Counted from the stretch's first letter, positions 47,636-57,891 are shown. The stretch: 64,000 nt of DNA from Faecousia sp. (GCA_045589835.1 JAZNPV010000094.1:2389-66388); one strand, 5' to 3'. The notes: generated by a model from the sequence alone, not told the origin. Translations and numbers: made by a program.

Positions 47636-49012
47636 TTATTTTGCTGTGTCCAGCACTTGTTTGCAGCTTGCCAGCACTTTGGAGGCAATAGGGATACAAA
47701 CCGCGCTGCCGTAGCCGCCATCTTCCACGCACACCACAAAGGCCAGTGGGTAGTCTTCATCGGCCACAAAACCAGCCAGCATGGCGTTGGGCTTTTTCTC
47801 ACCGCCCACCTCACCGGTACCGGTTTTGGCGCAGACCGTCAGGCCGGGGAAATTTTCGTCGCCGTATTTATTCTCCACATTGTTCCGCAAAAACTCCTGC
47901 AAAGTTTCTGCCGTAGACGCAGACATGATCCGCTGATTTGTCCGGGTTTGCGCGGAATATGTGGTGCTGTTTCCCACAGTGATCTCCTCCACCAGATAAG
48001 GAAGCACGCCTCTGCCGTCTCCCGCAATGGCCCCCATAAAGGTCATAAAGGCACAGGGATTGATCTGGTCATTATATTGACCAACACCGCTCCAGCCCAC
48101 ATCCACAGAAGATGCCCCCACCGCTTCATAATTACCCTCAGCGGTAGTGATTCCGTCAAAGCTGATGCTCCCGGTTACACCGAATGCCTTCACATACCGC
48201 TCCATGGTTTCTGCCCCCAGCTGCAAGGTGATCTGGGCAAAGGCGCAGTTGCAGGAATTGCGGAACGCAGAGCGCACATTCTGTTCTCCGTGGGCACCCT
48301 CACAGGTGATCTCGTCCCCACCGATTGTATAACTGCCATTGCAGACAAATGTCTGCTGCAAAATATCCGGAATCGTTTCCAAGGCTGCAGCCATAGTGAC
48401 GATCTTGAAAATAGAACCGGGAATATAGCCGGACTGGACAAACCGGTTCACATAGGCACCCTCATATATGCCGGTGGTATCCCCCTCGATATCCGGCACA
48501 TTGTCCGGATCAAAGGTAGGTGTGGTCACCGCGCACAAAAGCTGGCCGGTCTGATAGTTATAGACCGCCACAGTACCTTTATAGCTGCCCAAGGCCTCCA
48601 ATGCTGCAGTCTGCACCTTGGATGACAATGTCAGCTCCGCCACACCGCTGTTGTTCCCGTAGTTATATACCCCACTAAGCAGATCGTATCCGGCAATCTG
48701 AGCCGAGTAATTGGACAACGCAGGCGCATTGATGCTTCCTCCCCTGTCACCCAGCCAATGGACAGTTGCCTTTCGGATATCGGAAACAGAGGCGTATTTC
48801 CGCCCCTCATTCAAATCCAGCAGCAAAATATTATCCCGGTCTACCACCACACCGCAGCCGATATTGCCGGCGTTGTACACATGGGGCGATCCGGGAAAGA
48901 TCACCCACCCATCTGCTTCCATTACAAACTCCGCCACAAAGAAGCCAAGGCCTGCCAGAAGCAGCAGTACGATCAGCAGTGTAATCCCTGCGCGACCTGC
49001 GATTCTATTCAT
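47636..49012 (-). CDS. Short class B penicillin-binding transpeptidase (PbpA-like)
   Basis: N-terminal TM anchor; SIFK (SxxK), SCN (SxN) and KTG motifs. Confidence 0.92.
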   Translation of the reverse strand: MNRIAGRAGITLLIVLLLLAGLGFFVAEFVMEADGWVIFPGSPHVYNAGNIGCGVVVDRDNILLLDLNEGRKYASVSDIRKATVHWLGDRGGSINAPALSNYSAQIAGYDLLSGVYNYGNNSGVAELTLSSKVQTAALEALGSYKGTVAVYNYQTGQLLCAVTTPTFDPDNVPDIEGDTTGIYEGAYVNRFVQSGYIPGSIFKIVTMAAALETIPDILQQTFVCNGSYTIGGDEITCEGAHGEQNVRSAFRNSCNCAFAQITLQLGAETMERYVKAFGVTGSISFDGITTAEGNYEAVGASSVDVGWSGVGQYNDQINPCAFMTFMGAIAGDGRGVLPYLVEEITVGNSTTYSAQTRTNQRIMSASTAETLQEFLRNNVENKYGDENFPGLTVCAKTGTGEVGGEKKPNAMLAGFVADEDYPLAFVVCVEDGGYGSAVCIPIASKVLASCKQVLDTAK

Positions 49013-50726
49013 CCTCTACGTCTCCATTCTTATTCAGGCGTACCGCAAAGCTGGCATTCTGCCGGGTATCCGCCGCTTTTACAAAGGCCAAAAGCCCCCA
49101 GGAACAGATCATGCTGGAGCCGCCGTTGGAAAGGAACGGGAAGGTCACACCGGTCAGCGGCACCACATCCACAGTCCCCAAAGCATTTAAAATCACCTGC
49201 ACCAGCAAAATGCTGGCCGCAGTGCATGCACCAATAGTATAAAAGCTGCTGCGTCCAACTGCCGCGGAGCGGACTGTAAATGCAGCCAGTGCCACGATGC
49301 TGAGGATCAGCATGATAACCATAAACAGTCCCCATTCTTCCCCAAGGGTGGCAACCACCACATCCGAGTCTGCCGCAAATACATTTTTCATCCAGCCCTT
49401 TCCGGGGCCCAGCCCCAAGAATCCACCGGAGGCCATGCACATGAGGGCTCTGGTCTGCTGATAGCCGCCTTCCAGAGGAACCTCCCAGATATGGCGCCAG
49501 GACGCAAACCGCCGCAGTGCATGGGGCGCGATTTTCAAAGCCACCACGCCAGCAAAGCCCAGTGCGGTAATGGCCAGCGCCAGAGTTCCCACGCTGCCGG
49601 AGCGCAGATAGGCGATCACCAGAAAGGCGCAGAAAAAAATCAGCGCCGTACCGAAATCGTTCATCAGGGCCAGACAGCCGCAGATGGTCACGGAATAGGC
49701 AATGAACAGAATAATATTTCTCTTCTTCATCAGCCGGTCCATAGTAGACGCGCCCACAAACACAAAGCAAACCTTGCTCAGTTCCGAAGGCTGCAAAGAA
49801 AGCGAGCCGATTACCAGCCAGTTCTTCGCCCCATAGTATTCCGTACCAAACAGCAGGGTAATTACCAGAAAACCGATACCGGCAGCTGTTGCCAGATACC
49901 GGACCTTCTTTGCCCGCTCCAGATCCCGCAATGACCAGCCGATCAGCAGAAACGCAGCCAGTCCCAGCACCATGGCAATCAGCTGCTTCAACGCCTCGCC
50001 GGGGCACACGGTGGCAATGGCCGCCATGCCCATGGTACTCAAAAAGAAAGCAACCGTCTCCACCTCAAAGGAGGTTCTGCGTATACAGATATAAAACAGC
50101 AGCAATGTCCATTGACAGATCATAATACCGCCGAAGCCCAGCAGCACCGACTGAGCCGTATCCGCCTCTGCGTTCAGCAAAAAAGCTACACAGCACAAAA
50201 ACTGAAATACCGTCAGCAGCAGCACATTGGCAATGCTCACCAAAAAGGACGATGCCTTCGTCCGAAGCTGTGCCAGCCGCTGCTCCTGCCGCCGGGATAT
50301 GGGCTGCAGCTGCATTTCAATGCCGCCAATAGAAATCACATCCTCCGGCTCAAGCGCCTTGATCCGCACCGGCTTACCGTTGACCAGAATACCGCCGGAG
50401 GAATCCGTGTCGGTGATCGTCCAGCTTCCATCGTCATATCGGGTCAATACCCCATGGCTGCGGGATACTGTGGGAAAATTGATGACGATATCACTGCGCT
50501 TGCTGCGTCCGATCACATTTTCCCAATGGGTGATAGGCAGTTTAGTCTCGTCGGACATGCAAAGCCATGCCCAGATCTCCGGTTCCCGCCGGAAGGTCAG
50601 CAGCGGTTTCAGGCATCGGAACAGCAGCACAAGAGCTAAAATGGGCCCCAGCCACCGAAACGCCCCGATAAACACATCCGCATAGGTAGCATCCGCTCCC
50701 TGTACCGCAGAAACAAAGCCTTCCAT
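49005..50726 (-). CDS. FHA domain fused to an FtsW/RodA/SpoVE (SEDS) peptidoglycan polymerase
   Basis: FHA motifs IGR, VSRSH and a GILVNG segment in the N-terminal ~150 aa; SEDS motifs GAKNW, LQPSE, GEEWG, PLTGVTFPFLSNGGSS. Confidence 0.9.
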   Translation of the reverse strand: MEGFVSAVQGADATYADVFIGAFRWLGPILALVLLFRCLKPLLTFRREPEIWAWLCMSDETKLPITHWENVIGRSKRSDIVINFPTVSRSHGVLTRYDDGSWTITDTDSSGGILVNGKPVRIKALEPEDVISIGGIEMQLQPISRRQEQRLAQLRTKASSFLVSIANVLLLTVFQFLCCVAFLLNAEADTAQSVLLGFGGIMICQWTLLLFYICIRRTSFEVETVAFFLSTMGMAAIATVCPGEALKQLIAMVLGLAAFLLIGWSLRDLERAKKVRYLATAAGIGFLVITLLFGTEYYGAKNWLVIGSLSLQPSELSKVCFVFVGASTMDRLMKKRNIILFIAYSVTICGCLALMNDFGTALIFFCAFLVIAYLRSGSVGTLALAITALGFAGVVALKIAPHALRRFASWRHIWEVPLEGGYQQTRALMCMASGGFLGLGPGKGWMKNVFAADSDVVVATLGEEWGLFMVIMLILSIVALAAFTVRSAAVGRSSFYTIGACTAASILLVQVILNALGTVDVVPLTGVTFPFLSNGGSSMICSWGLLAFVKAADTRQNASFAVRLNKNGDVEDE

Positions 50727-50788
50727 ACCGTCACCTCCTTGTTATCAAACATACACATAACAGCCAATTGTGTCAATATAAGCTTTTC

Positions 50789-51616
50789 TTAAGTTTCCAT
50801 CTGCCGCAGCATAGCGATTTCCTTCCCGTAACCGGGCAGTTCATTGGGTGTTTCCAAAATCATAGGTTTATCTTTCAGTAAGGGATGGTTCACAATGGTC
50901 CGGAAGGTTTCCAGCCCCAGACTTCCCTCACCGATACAGGCATGGCGGTCTTTATGGCTGGAAAAGGGATTCTTTGAATCGTTCAGATGCAGCGCAAGCA
51001 GCTTGTCAAGGCCGATCACCCGGTCAAATTCCGCCAACACCCCATCCAGATCGTTTACAATATCATAGCCGCCATCGTAGACATGACAGGTATCCAGACA
51101 CACGCCTACCCGGTCACTGCCCACGCCATCAATAATGTCCTTCAGCTCCTGAAAGTTTCCGCCCAGCTCGCTGCCCTTGCCTGCCATGGTCTCCAGCAGT
51201 ACTGTCACAGGATAATCCGGCTCCAATGCCTGCTTCAGGGCATCGCACACCTGCCTGATTCCGGTCTGTGTCCCCTGCCCCACATGGCTGCCGGGATGAA
51301 AGTTATAGAAATTACCGGGCAGTGCCGCCATACGGCGCAGATCGTCACAAAGAATCCCGGCAGCAAATGCTCTTGCCTCCGGATCTGCCGTACACAGATT
51401 CATGGTGTAGGCACCGTGGGCCACCAGCTTGCCGAAGCCTTCTTGCGCCAACAGTTCCACCGCCCTTTTCGCATCTGCCGGATCCTCCGGCTTTGCTTTA
51501 CTGCCCCGGGGATTTCTTGTAAAAAACGCAAACGTATTTGCGCCGATAGACTGTGCCGTTTTCACGGTGGCGGCATAACCGCCGGAAACAGATAAATGGC
51601 ATCCGATATACAGCAT
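50789..51616 (-). CDS. nfo: Endonuclease IV
   Basis: FTRNPR, HPGSH, LETMAGKG, CLDTCH, HLNDSK, DRH. Confidence 0.95.
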   Translation of the reverse strand: MLYIGCHLSVSGGYAATVKTAQSIGANTFAFFTRNPRGSKAKPEDPADAKRAVELLAQEGFGKLVAHGAYTMNLCTADPEARAFAAGILCDDLRRMAALPGNFYNFHPGSHVGQGTQTGIRQVCDALKQALEPDYPVTVLLETMAGKGSELGGNFQELKDIIDGVGSDRVGVCLDTCHVYDGGYDIVNDLDGVLAEFDRVIGLDKLLALHLNDSKNPFSSHKDRHACIGEGSLGLETFRTIVNHPLLKDKPMILETPNELPGYGKEIAMLRQMET

Positions 51617-51683
51617 AATACTCCCTCCCTGCTGCATACCTTATCATATTTTGCGTCAAAATGCAATTCTGTCATTATTTCAT

Positions 51684-52358
51684 TCAGATCACATAGAAGA
51701 AGATGGCAAGAAACTGCAGCAGGCTGCCCAGCACTACAAAAATATGGAACACGCTGTGCATCCAGTGGATTTTAGAGCCGATGCCGTAAAGTACCGCCCC
51801 CACCGTGTAGGCAATACCGCCGCCAAGCAGCAGCATAAATCCCTGCATCGTCAGCAAATCCATAGCTTGCGGCAAAAACAGCAGGATCATCCACCCCATG
51901 CCGATATAGCAGATCATGGAGAAAGCGTTGTATTTTTTCAGATCAATAGCCGTCAGTGTGACAGCGGTGGCGCAAAGCCCCCATTGGGCTGCCAGCAGTC
52001 CCCACCCCAACAACGGATTGACCGGCACAAAAGCTGACAGCAGGATCGGTGTATAGGTACCAGCGATCAAAAAATAGATCGTGCAGTGGTCAATCACCTG
52101 CATCACCTTTTTCGCCATAATGTGGTGCAGACCGTGATAGACACTGGAGACTGCGTACAGCGCAACCATGGTGCCGCCGTAAATCGCGCAGCCCACCACA
52201 TCCATAGCACCGCCTGTTATGGTGCTGCGAAGCACACACAGCACCAGTGCCAGAATCCCCAAGGCACCGCCCACAATATGGGTGACCATATTCATGATCT
52301 CCTCACCCTTGGTGTAATCCGGCAGAAGCCGCTGGGATAATTTGATTCGTTTTGACAT
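51684..52358 (-). CDS. Hemolysin III / PAQR family membrane protein
   Basis: EEIMNMVTH, SSVYH, DHCTIYFLIAGTYTP, HSVFHIFV. Confidence 0.92.
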   Translation of the reverse strand: MSKRIKLSQRLLPDYTKGEEIMNMVTHIVGGALGILALVLCVLRSTITGGAMDVVGCAIYGGTMVALYAVSSVYHGLHHIMAKKVMQVIDHCTIYFLIAGTYTPILLSAFVPVNPLLGWGLLAAQWGLCATAVTLTAIDLKKYNAFSMICYIGMGWMILLFLPQAMDLLTMQGFMLLLGGGIAYTVGAVLYGIGSKIHWMHSVFHIFVVLGSLLQFLAIFFYVI

Positions 52359-52674
52359 AGAATACACATCCTTTTTCTAAGATGGCATCAGTATAGCACA
52401 GGCACTTCCATCCGGGGCACTACCGGCATCTTTATACTCTCGACTGACTGAAGATTCTGATTCTACTTCCGGTAGAGTGCCGTTCTACTGACAGTTCCCC
52501 AATCGAACGATGTGCTGCGGCAGCTATTTTTGTGCAGTTAGCACAAATTCCAGCGTGTAAATTCGTCGCCGTCACAGCTTGTTTACAATAAATTTTCGTG
52601 CTTATTTGTTTGTTTTATGCTATAATGTTATGGGTAGCAGGAATGCTGCCAATGCATCGCAAAAAGGAGCCATC

Positions 52675-53088
52675 ATGAATAACATTCTTTTTTTCCTAAC
52701 CCCGAAGGCCATGTGTGCCTTCGTTTATGATGATTATACCGTTCGGCAGGCATTGGAAAAAATGGAATCTGCAGGCTATGCAGCCCTGCCCATTCTGAGC
52801 AAACACGGAGAATATCGGGGAACCATTACCGAAGGCGATATTCTGTGGGCGCTGAAGAACATGTGCTATCTGGATATGCGGCAGGCCGAGGCCCGGCGCA
52901 TTATGGAAGTTGCCCGCAGAAAAGACAACATTCCTGTCCGTGTAACCACTTCCATGCAGGATCTGGTACACAGGGCCAGTTCCCAGAACTTTGTTCCTGT
53001 GGTTGACGATAAAGACACTTTCATCGGCATCGTCACCAGAAGCGCTATCATCAAGTACTGCTCCCAGCAGTTATTTCCGGAAGATTGA
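52675..53088 (+). CDS. CBS domain-containing protein (YkuL-like)
   Basis: NILFFLTPK, GTITEGD, VPVVDD..FIGIVTR; AAGGAG RBS. Confidence 0.88.
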   Translation: MNNILFFLTPKAMCAFVYDDYTVRQALEKMESAGYAALPILSKHGEYRGTITEGDILWALKNMCYLDMRQAEARRIMEVARRKDNIPVRVTTSMQDLVHRASSQNFVPVVDDKDTFIGIVTRSAIIKYCSQQLFPED

Positions 53089-53107
53089 TTACATATGAAG
53101 CATATTA

Positions 53108-53140
53108 AATGGGCGTGTTCAAAACGAACACGCCCATTTT
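53108..53140. terminator. Bidirectional terminator
   Basis: AAATGGGCGTGTTC / GAACACGCCCATTT. Confidence 0.75.
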
Positions 53141-53151
53141 CATGTATTCTG

Positions 53152-53856
53152 TTAAGGCAGCACCCGGTAAGGAACCATACGCTGGGCTGCGATAAAGGGC
53201 CGGTAGGCTTCCGCGAACTGGACGCCGCATTGATTACCCCGGCAGGCAGCACGGTTGCGCTGAACCTGAATAATATCGATGTTGTCATGTTCCTTCAGCC
53301 ACTTAAGCTGACTCTCGTGGCAGGCCAGCATCTGCTCCTTCAGCTCCATTTCCGCTGTAATATCTACGTACTCGGTAGGAATGAAGTTCATGCTGCGGCT
53401 GGTATCAGAGAAGTACAGGGGGGTCACCTTGGTAGGGGCACCCAGTTCCGGCATAAAGTGGGGGCAGGATGCATCGAAGGATGCCTTGAATACCAGCTTG
53501 GACAGTTCCACATGATCAGAGCAGTAATCCTCGGGATTGTGGGTGATGATCACATCGGGCTTAGCGTAACGAATGGCCCGGATCAGCTTCTTCTGCTGCT
53601 CCACGTCGGCGCTGTTCATGGTCAGATCGTTAATATCGGCAGTAATAACCTCAAAGCCAGCCATAGCCGCAGCTCTCTGGGCTTCTTTAATGCGGATCTC
53701 CCGCAGCTCCGGCGGCATAATCACAAAGTGGCCCATATCGCCGTTTGCCGCATGGCAGGCAATGACTTCGTGCCCCAGCTTTTTGTACTTGATCAAAGTG
53801 CCGCTGCAGTTCAGCTCCATATCATCCGGATGGCACATAATTGCTAAAACTCTCAT
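53152..53856 (-). CDS. PIG-L family deacetylase
   Basis: HPDD metal motif, PDVIITH, DH, CHESQ. Confidence 0.88.
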   Translation of the reverse strand: MRVLAIMCHPDDMELNCSGTLIKYKKLGHEVIACHAANGDMGHFVIMPPELREIRIKEAQRAAAMAGFEVITADINDLTMNSADVEQQKKLIRAIRYAKPDVIITHNPEDYCSDHVELSKLVFKASFDASCPHFMPELGAPTKVTPLYFSDTSRSMNFIPTEYVDITAEMELKEQMLACHESQLKWLKEHDNIDIIQVQRNRAACRGNQCGVQFAEAYRPFIAAQRMVPYRVLP

Positions 53857-53962
53857 AATGACACGCTCCTGTAAAAATAGAATTTGGCAGTTCTTGCTGC
53901 ATTACGTGTCAAATATAGCACGATTTACATACCACGTCAACATTGAAATCCAACAACTTATA

Positions 53963-55108
53963 TTATATTTCAGCCAGCTGGCGCAGCTTGTCTGCCAGAT
54001 CGGTCTGCTCCCAGGGACGGTCCGCCACGCCAAAGTGTCCTTCCAGAGCAGTCTTTCCGTAAATGGGCCGGCGCAGATCCAGCTTGCGGATAATGCCAGC
54101 AGGTGTCAGATCGCAGGTCTTGCGCAGCAGGGCTGTCATCTGCTCGTCGGGGATCTTACCTGTGCCGTAGCTGTCCACCCGCACGGAAACAGGCTCTGCC
54201 ACACCGATGGCATAGGCGATCTGCACTTCCACCCGCTCTGCCAGGCCGGCAGCAACCAGATTCTTTGCCATATAGCGGGCCATATAGGCACCGGAGCGGT
54301 CTACCTTTGTGGGGTCCTTGCCGGAGAACGCGCCGCCACCATGGGAGAAATAGCCGCCGTAGGTATCCACGATGATCTTCCGTCCGGTCAGGCCGGTATC
54401 GCCGTTGGGGCCGCCGATGACAAAATTGCCGGTGGGATTGATGTGGATGTGTGCCACATCCTCCAGTTTAAAGCCGTAGCGCTCCAGCACCGGTGCGATC
54501 ACACCCTGGCGCACATATTTGCGAAGCGCTTCCATCTCGAAACCAGCGCTGTGCATGATGGAAACCACCACCGTATCAATGCCGATCACATTGCCCTGCT
54601 CATCAAACTCTACAGTCACCTGGGTCTTGCCGTCGGGCCGCAGCAGGTCGTTGCTGACAACACACTCGGTCAGCCGGTTGCTCAGAGCCCGGGACAGGGC
54701 CACCGGCATGGGCATCAGCTCGGGAGTCTGGGTGCAGGCGCCGCCAAACATCATACCCTGATCTCCGGCACCGCCAACCTCATCGTTGGTACCCATGGCA
54801 ATATCCGCAGACTGGGTATGGATCTTGCAGAGGATCTCCACGGAATCGGCATCAAAACCATCACCGGGAACCGTATAACCGATTTTGCGGATCACCTGCC
54901 GTGCAACAGCAGCATAATCCCCCACCGCCTTGGTGGTGATCTCGCCGCAGATCACACAAAAATCCGTAGTAACCATAGTTTCACAGGCCACACGGGAACC
55001 GGGATCCTGTGCAAGACATGCGTCCAGAATCGCATCGGAAATGGCATCAGCTACCTTGTCCGGATGGCCGCAGGTAACACATTCAGAAGTAAACAGTCTT
55101 TTTTCCAT
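53963..55108 (-). CDS. metK: S-adenosylmethionine synthetase
   Basis: GHPDK, GAGDQG, GGGAFSGKD. Confidence 0.97.
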   Translation of the reverse strand: MEKRLFTSECVTCGHPDKVADAISDAILDACLAQDPGSRVACETMVTTDFCVICGEITTKAVGDYAAVARQVIRKIGYTVPGDGFDADSVEILCKIHTQSADIAMGTNDEVGGAGDQGMMFGGACTQTPELMPMPVALSRALSNRLTECVVSNDLLRPDGKTQVTVEFDEQGNVIGIDTVVVSIMHSAGFEMEALRKYVRQGVIAPVLERYGFKLEDVAHIHINPTGNFVIGGPNGDTGLTGRKIIVDTYGGYFSHGGGAFSGKDPTKVDRSGAYMARYMAKNLVAAGLAERVEVQIAYAIGVAEPVSVRVDSYGTGKIPDEQMTALLRKTCDLTPAGIIRKLDLRRPIYGKTALEGHFGVADRPWEQTDLADKLRQLAEI

Positions 55109-55187
55109 ATCTTTTTCCTTTCATTAAATCCACAAAAAAGCAATAAAAACTGCGCACATCATGGGATCCGATGTGCGCGCTATCGAA

Positions 55188-55279
55188 TCCTCATCTCTCG
55201 TTGCCGCCGGATTTGGCACCACACTTTCGCAGGTTGCCGGGTTTCATCGGGCCGTTCCCTCCACCACTCTTGATAAGGC
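55188..55279 (-). ncRNA. SAM-I riboswitch (S-box)
   Basis: CTTATCAAGAGTGGTGGAGGGA..GGCCCGATGAAACCCGGCAACC..GGTGCCAAATCC..GATGAG upstream of metK, followed by a terminator hairpin. Confidence 0.95.
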
Positions 55280-55422
55280 TTGTATGCAGTTCGACCATAT
55301 TCTATCGCATTTCCCCAGAAAGTCAACCCCTTTTCCCTTATTTTTTTCATAAAAAATGTTCATAATTCCGTTATGGACTTTTATGGAAAAAACTGCTATC
55401 ATAGTATCATTCTGTTTAGGAG

Positions 55423-56292
55423 TTGAGTGAATTGAAAGGTTTGCGAAACCGCTTTGAGCGGTTCTGTTTTAAACACCGTACAAAAGGCATTCCCAATTTA
55501 ATGCTGTATATTACCATCGGCAGCGCCATCGTGTATCTGATGAGCATGTTCGGCAGCTACGAACTGATGGATCTGCTGATATTTAACCGGGCAAAGATCC
55601 TGCAGGGGCAGGTCTGGCGGCTTTTTTCCTATGTGTTTGTTTACGGCATGGACAATCTGCTGTTAACCGCCATCAGCCTGTTTTGCTATTACTCTCTGGG
55701 CCGGGCAATGGAAAACAGCTGGGGCACCTTCCGCTTTAACCTGTTCTATCTGACAGGCGTTATCCTGATGGATATCTATGCCATGCTCTTCAACACAGGC
55801 ACCAGCGTACTGTATCTGAACATGAGTCTGTTTCTGGGCTACGCCACCATGTATCCCAACGCCCAGTTCCTGTTCCTTTTCATCATACCGGTAAAAGCAT
55901 GGATCTTTGCGCTGATTGATCTGGTGCTGACACTGATGGATGTATTTACCTACCGCTTCCCCTACAATCTGCTTCCGCTGGTGGCCATCGCCAACTACTT
56001 CCTGTTCTTCGGCAAGGATGTGTTGAATGTGATCCCCTTATCCTGGCGTGCCAATACCCGCCGGCTGTTCCGCAAAAAGCCCCCGAAGAAGACCGGCTCG
56101 ATCCCCTTCCCCACAGCAGGCTCTTATCAGGCCAGCACCGCCACAGTCAAAGCCCCCTACACCCACCGCTGCACCGTCTGCGGCCGTACGGACATTACCA
56201 ACCCGGAGCTGGAATTCCGCTACTGCTCCAAATGTCAGGGCTACCACTGCTACTGCGAGGACCACATCAGCAACCATACCCATATAGAATAA
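55423..56292 (+). CDS. Rhomboid-superfamily membrane protein with C-terminal Cys/His zinc finger
   Basis: GQVWRLF WR motif, multiple TM helices, CTVC..CSKC..CEDH..H. Confidence 0.8.
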   Translation: MSELKGLRNRFERFCFKHRTKGIPNLMLYITIGSAIVYLMSMFGSYELMDLLIFNRAKILQGQVWRLFSYVFVYGMDNLLLTAISLFCYYSLGRAMENSWGTFRFNLFYLTGVILMDIYAMLFNTGTSVLYLNMSLFLGYATMYPNAQFLFLFIIPVKAWIFALIDLVLTLMDVFTYRFPYNLLPLVAIANYFLFFGKDVLNVIPLSWRANTRRLFRKKPPKKTGSIPFPTAGSYQASTATVKAPYTHRCTVCGRTDITNPELEFRYCSKCQGYHCYCEDHISNHTHIE

Positions 56293-56324
56293 GCAAAACC
56301 GGGACAGCAGTCCCGGTTTTCTCT

Positions 56325-57758
56325 TTAATTGTTGACACCGTGGTGGCAGCCAGGGCCGCCTTCCGTCAACGGCAGGAAGGTATAGCCGTTGGCCAGTCCC
56401 CACTGAATGATCCGCTCTACTGCGTCCACACTGTACGCAAAGATATCGTGCTGCAGCACTACGGATACCCTTCTGCCGCTGACACCGTTGATCACATTAT
56501 TGAACACCTCATCAGCGGTTGTAGCGCCGCCTGCATCCCGGCTGTCCACATTCCAGTCAAAGTACTGGAAGCCCTCTTCCACCACAGCCTGTGTCAGCCG
56601 GGTCATAATCCCCGGATTGTATTTACTGACCGAATTGGAACTGCCGCCAGGAAAGCGCATCAGTGTCGTCTTGTAACCGGTAGCATTTTCAATGATACTC
56701 TGCATGTTATAAAGATCGTTGAAGAATGCCTCTTCGCTGGCGTAGATCTCATAATAATCATGGCTGGTAGAGTGAATGCCAATGGAATGGCCTTCTTCAC
56801 AGATCCGCTTCAGGGCGTTGACATCGCCCTTGTCCACCACAAAGAAAGTAGCCTTCACATCATACTTGGCCAGTACATTCAGCAATCTGTAGGTATAGCC
56901 GCTGGGGCCGTCATCGAAGGTCAGATAAATGATCTTTCCACTGCTGGGCACAGAGGATTTCGGCAGCACCGTTACTCTTCTTTCAGCGCTGACTGTATTA
57001 CCGAAAGTATCGCTGACTGTATAGGTAAGGGTATAAACACCGGCCTTCTCCATATCCAGATCACCGGATATTACCACCTTGTCGGTAATATTACCGTCGC
57101 AGTCATCCGTTGCCTCATAGCCGGGATCTTCATACACGGTTCCGGCTTGTACCAGGAACTTAAGATCACCCTTCAGCGTCAGTACCGGAGGTGTGGGATC
57201 GTTATAATTGATATTACGGTTCACCGTCACCGTATTGCCGGAGGAATCCGATACTGTGTAGCTGACAACACCGTCTTTTTCTGTTCTTTGTACCCGGTCT
57301 GTAATATCACCGTCGTAATTATCGGTTGCGGTGAATCCCTCTTCCTCATACGGATGATTGGGAAGGGTATACCGGTCCGGATCCGATGTTAACGTGATGA
57401 CCGGTGCCTTGCTGTCCACCACATGTACCGTAACAATTTGCTTCTTCTCATACTTTTTGAACACCGCCCGGTAGGTCAGCTGATATTCCCCTACTTTCTG
57501 CAGATCAACAGTTCCCGACTTGCTCACCGGCACACTTACCGGCTCCCGATAAAAATGCGTTCCGGAAAACCACGCCTCGGCCTTGGGTTCTTCATAGGGT
57601 TCGCCGTATTCCAAAACCACATCCTGTCCGCCATTGACCAGTATATCAAACGTAAATACATTGTCATACCAAAGCCATGCCACCACTGAAAGCGCTAACA
57701 GCAGGATCACAGAAAGCACGATCAGCAGGATCTTCCATTTTTTCTCTATATGACCCAT
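56325..57758 (-). CDS. Membrane-anchored polysaccharide deacetylase with Ig-like (DUF5011/HYR-like) repeats
   Basis: ATDNYDGDIT / ATDDCDGNIT repeats; LTFDDGP, HSTSH, RFPGG, DWNVDS, LQHD NodB motifs. Confidence 0.9.
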   Translation of the reverse strand: MGHIEKKWKILLIVLSVILLLALSVVAWLWYDNVFTFDILVNGGQDVVLEYGEPYEEPKAEAWFSGTHFYREPVSVPVSKSGTVDLQKVGEYQLTYRAVFKKYEKKQIVTVHVVDSKAPVITLTSDPDRYTLPNHPYEEEGFTATDNYDGDITDRVQRTEKDGVVSYTVSDSSGNTVTVNRNINYNDPTPPVLTLKGDLKFLVQAGTVYEDPGYEATDDCDGNITDKVVISGDLDMEKAGVYTLTYTVSDTFGNTVSAERRVTVLPKSSVPSSGKIIYLTFDDGPSGYTYRLLNVLAKYDVKATFFVVDKGDVNALKRICEEGHSIGIHSTSHDYYEIYASEEAFFNDLYNMQSIIENATGYKTTLMRFPGGSSNSVSKYNPGIMTRLTQAVVEEGFQYFDWNVDSRDAGGATTADEVFNNVINGVSGRRVSVVLQHDIFAYSVDAVERIIQWGLANGYTFLPLTEGGPGCHHGVNN

Positions 57759-57803
57759 ATAACAAACCTCTTTATATATTGTATGCTTATTATATCTCAG
57801 GCT

Positions 57804-57830
57804 TGTCGAAAAAGATAGTATTTTGTCGAA
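57804..57830. promoter_or_regulatory. Two Spo0A boxes
   Basis: TGTCGAA at 57804-57810 and 57824-57830, upstream of a minus-strand TATAAT at 57789-57794. Confidence 0.65.
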
Positions 57831-57891
57831 GAATTTACAAATGCTTTTTTCTTCTGCAAAAAATGTTGCCTTACACAGTAAGGCAACATTT

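Noticed and set aside
53573-55273. 566-aa plus-strand ORF
   Set aside because: Antisense to metK and spans the SAM riboswitch; not protein-like
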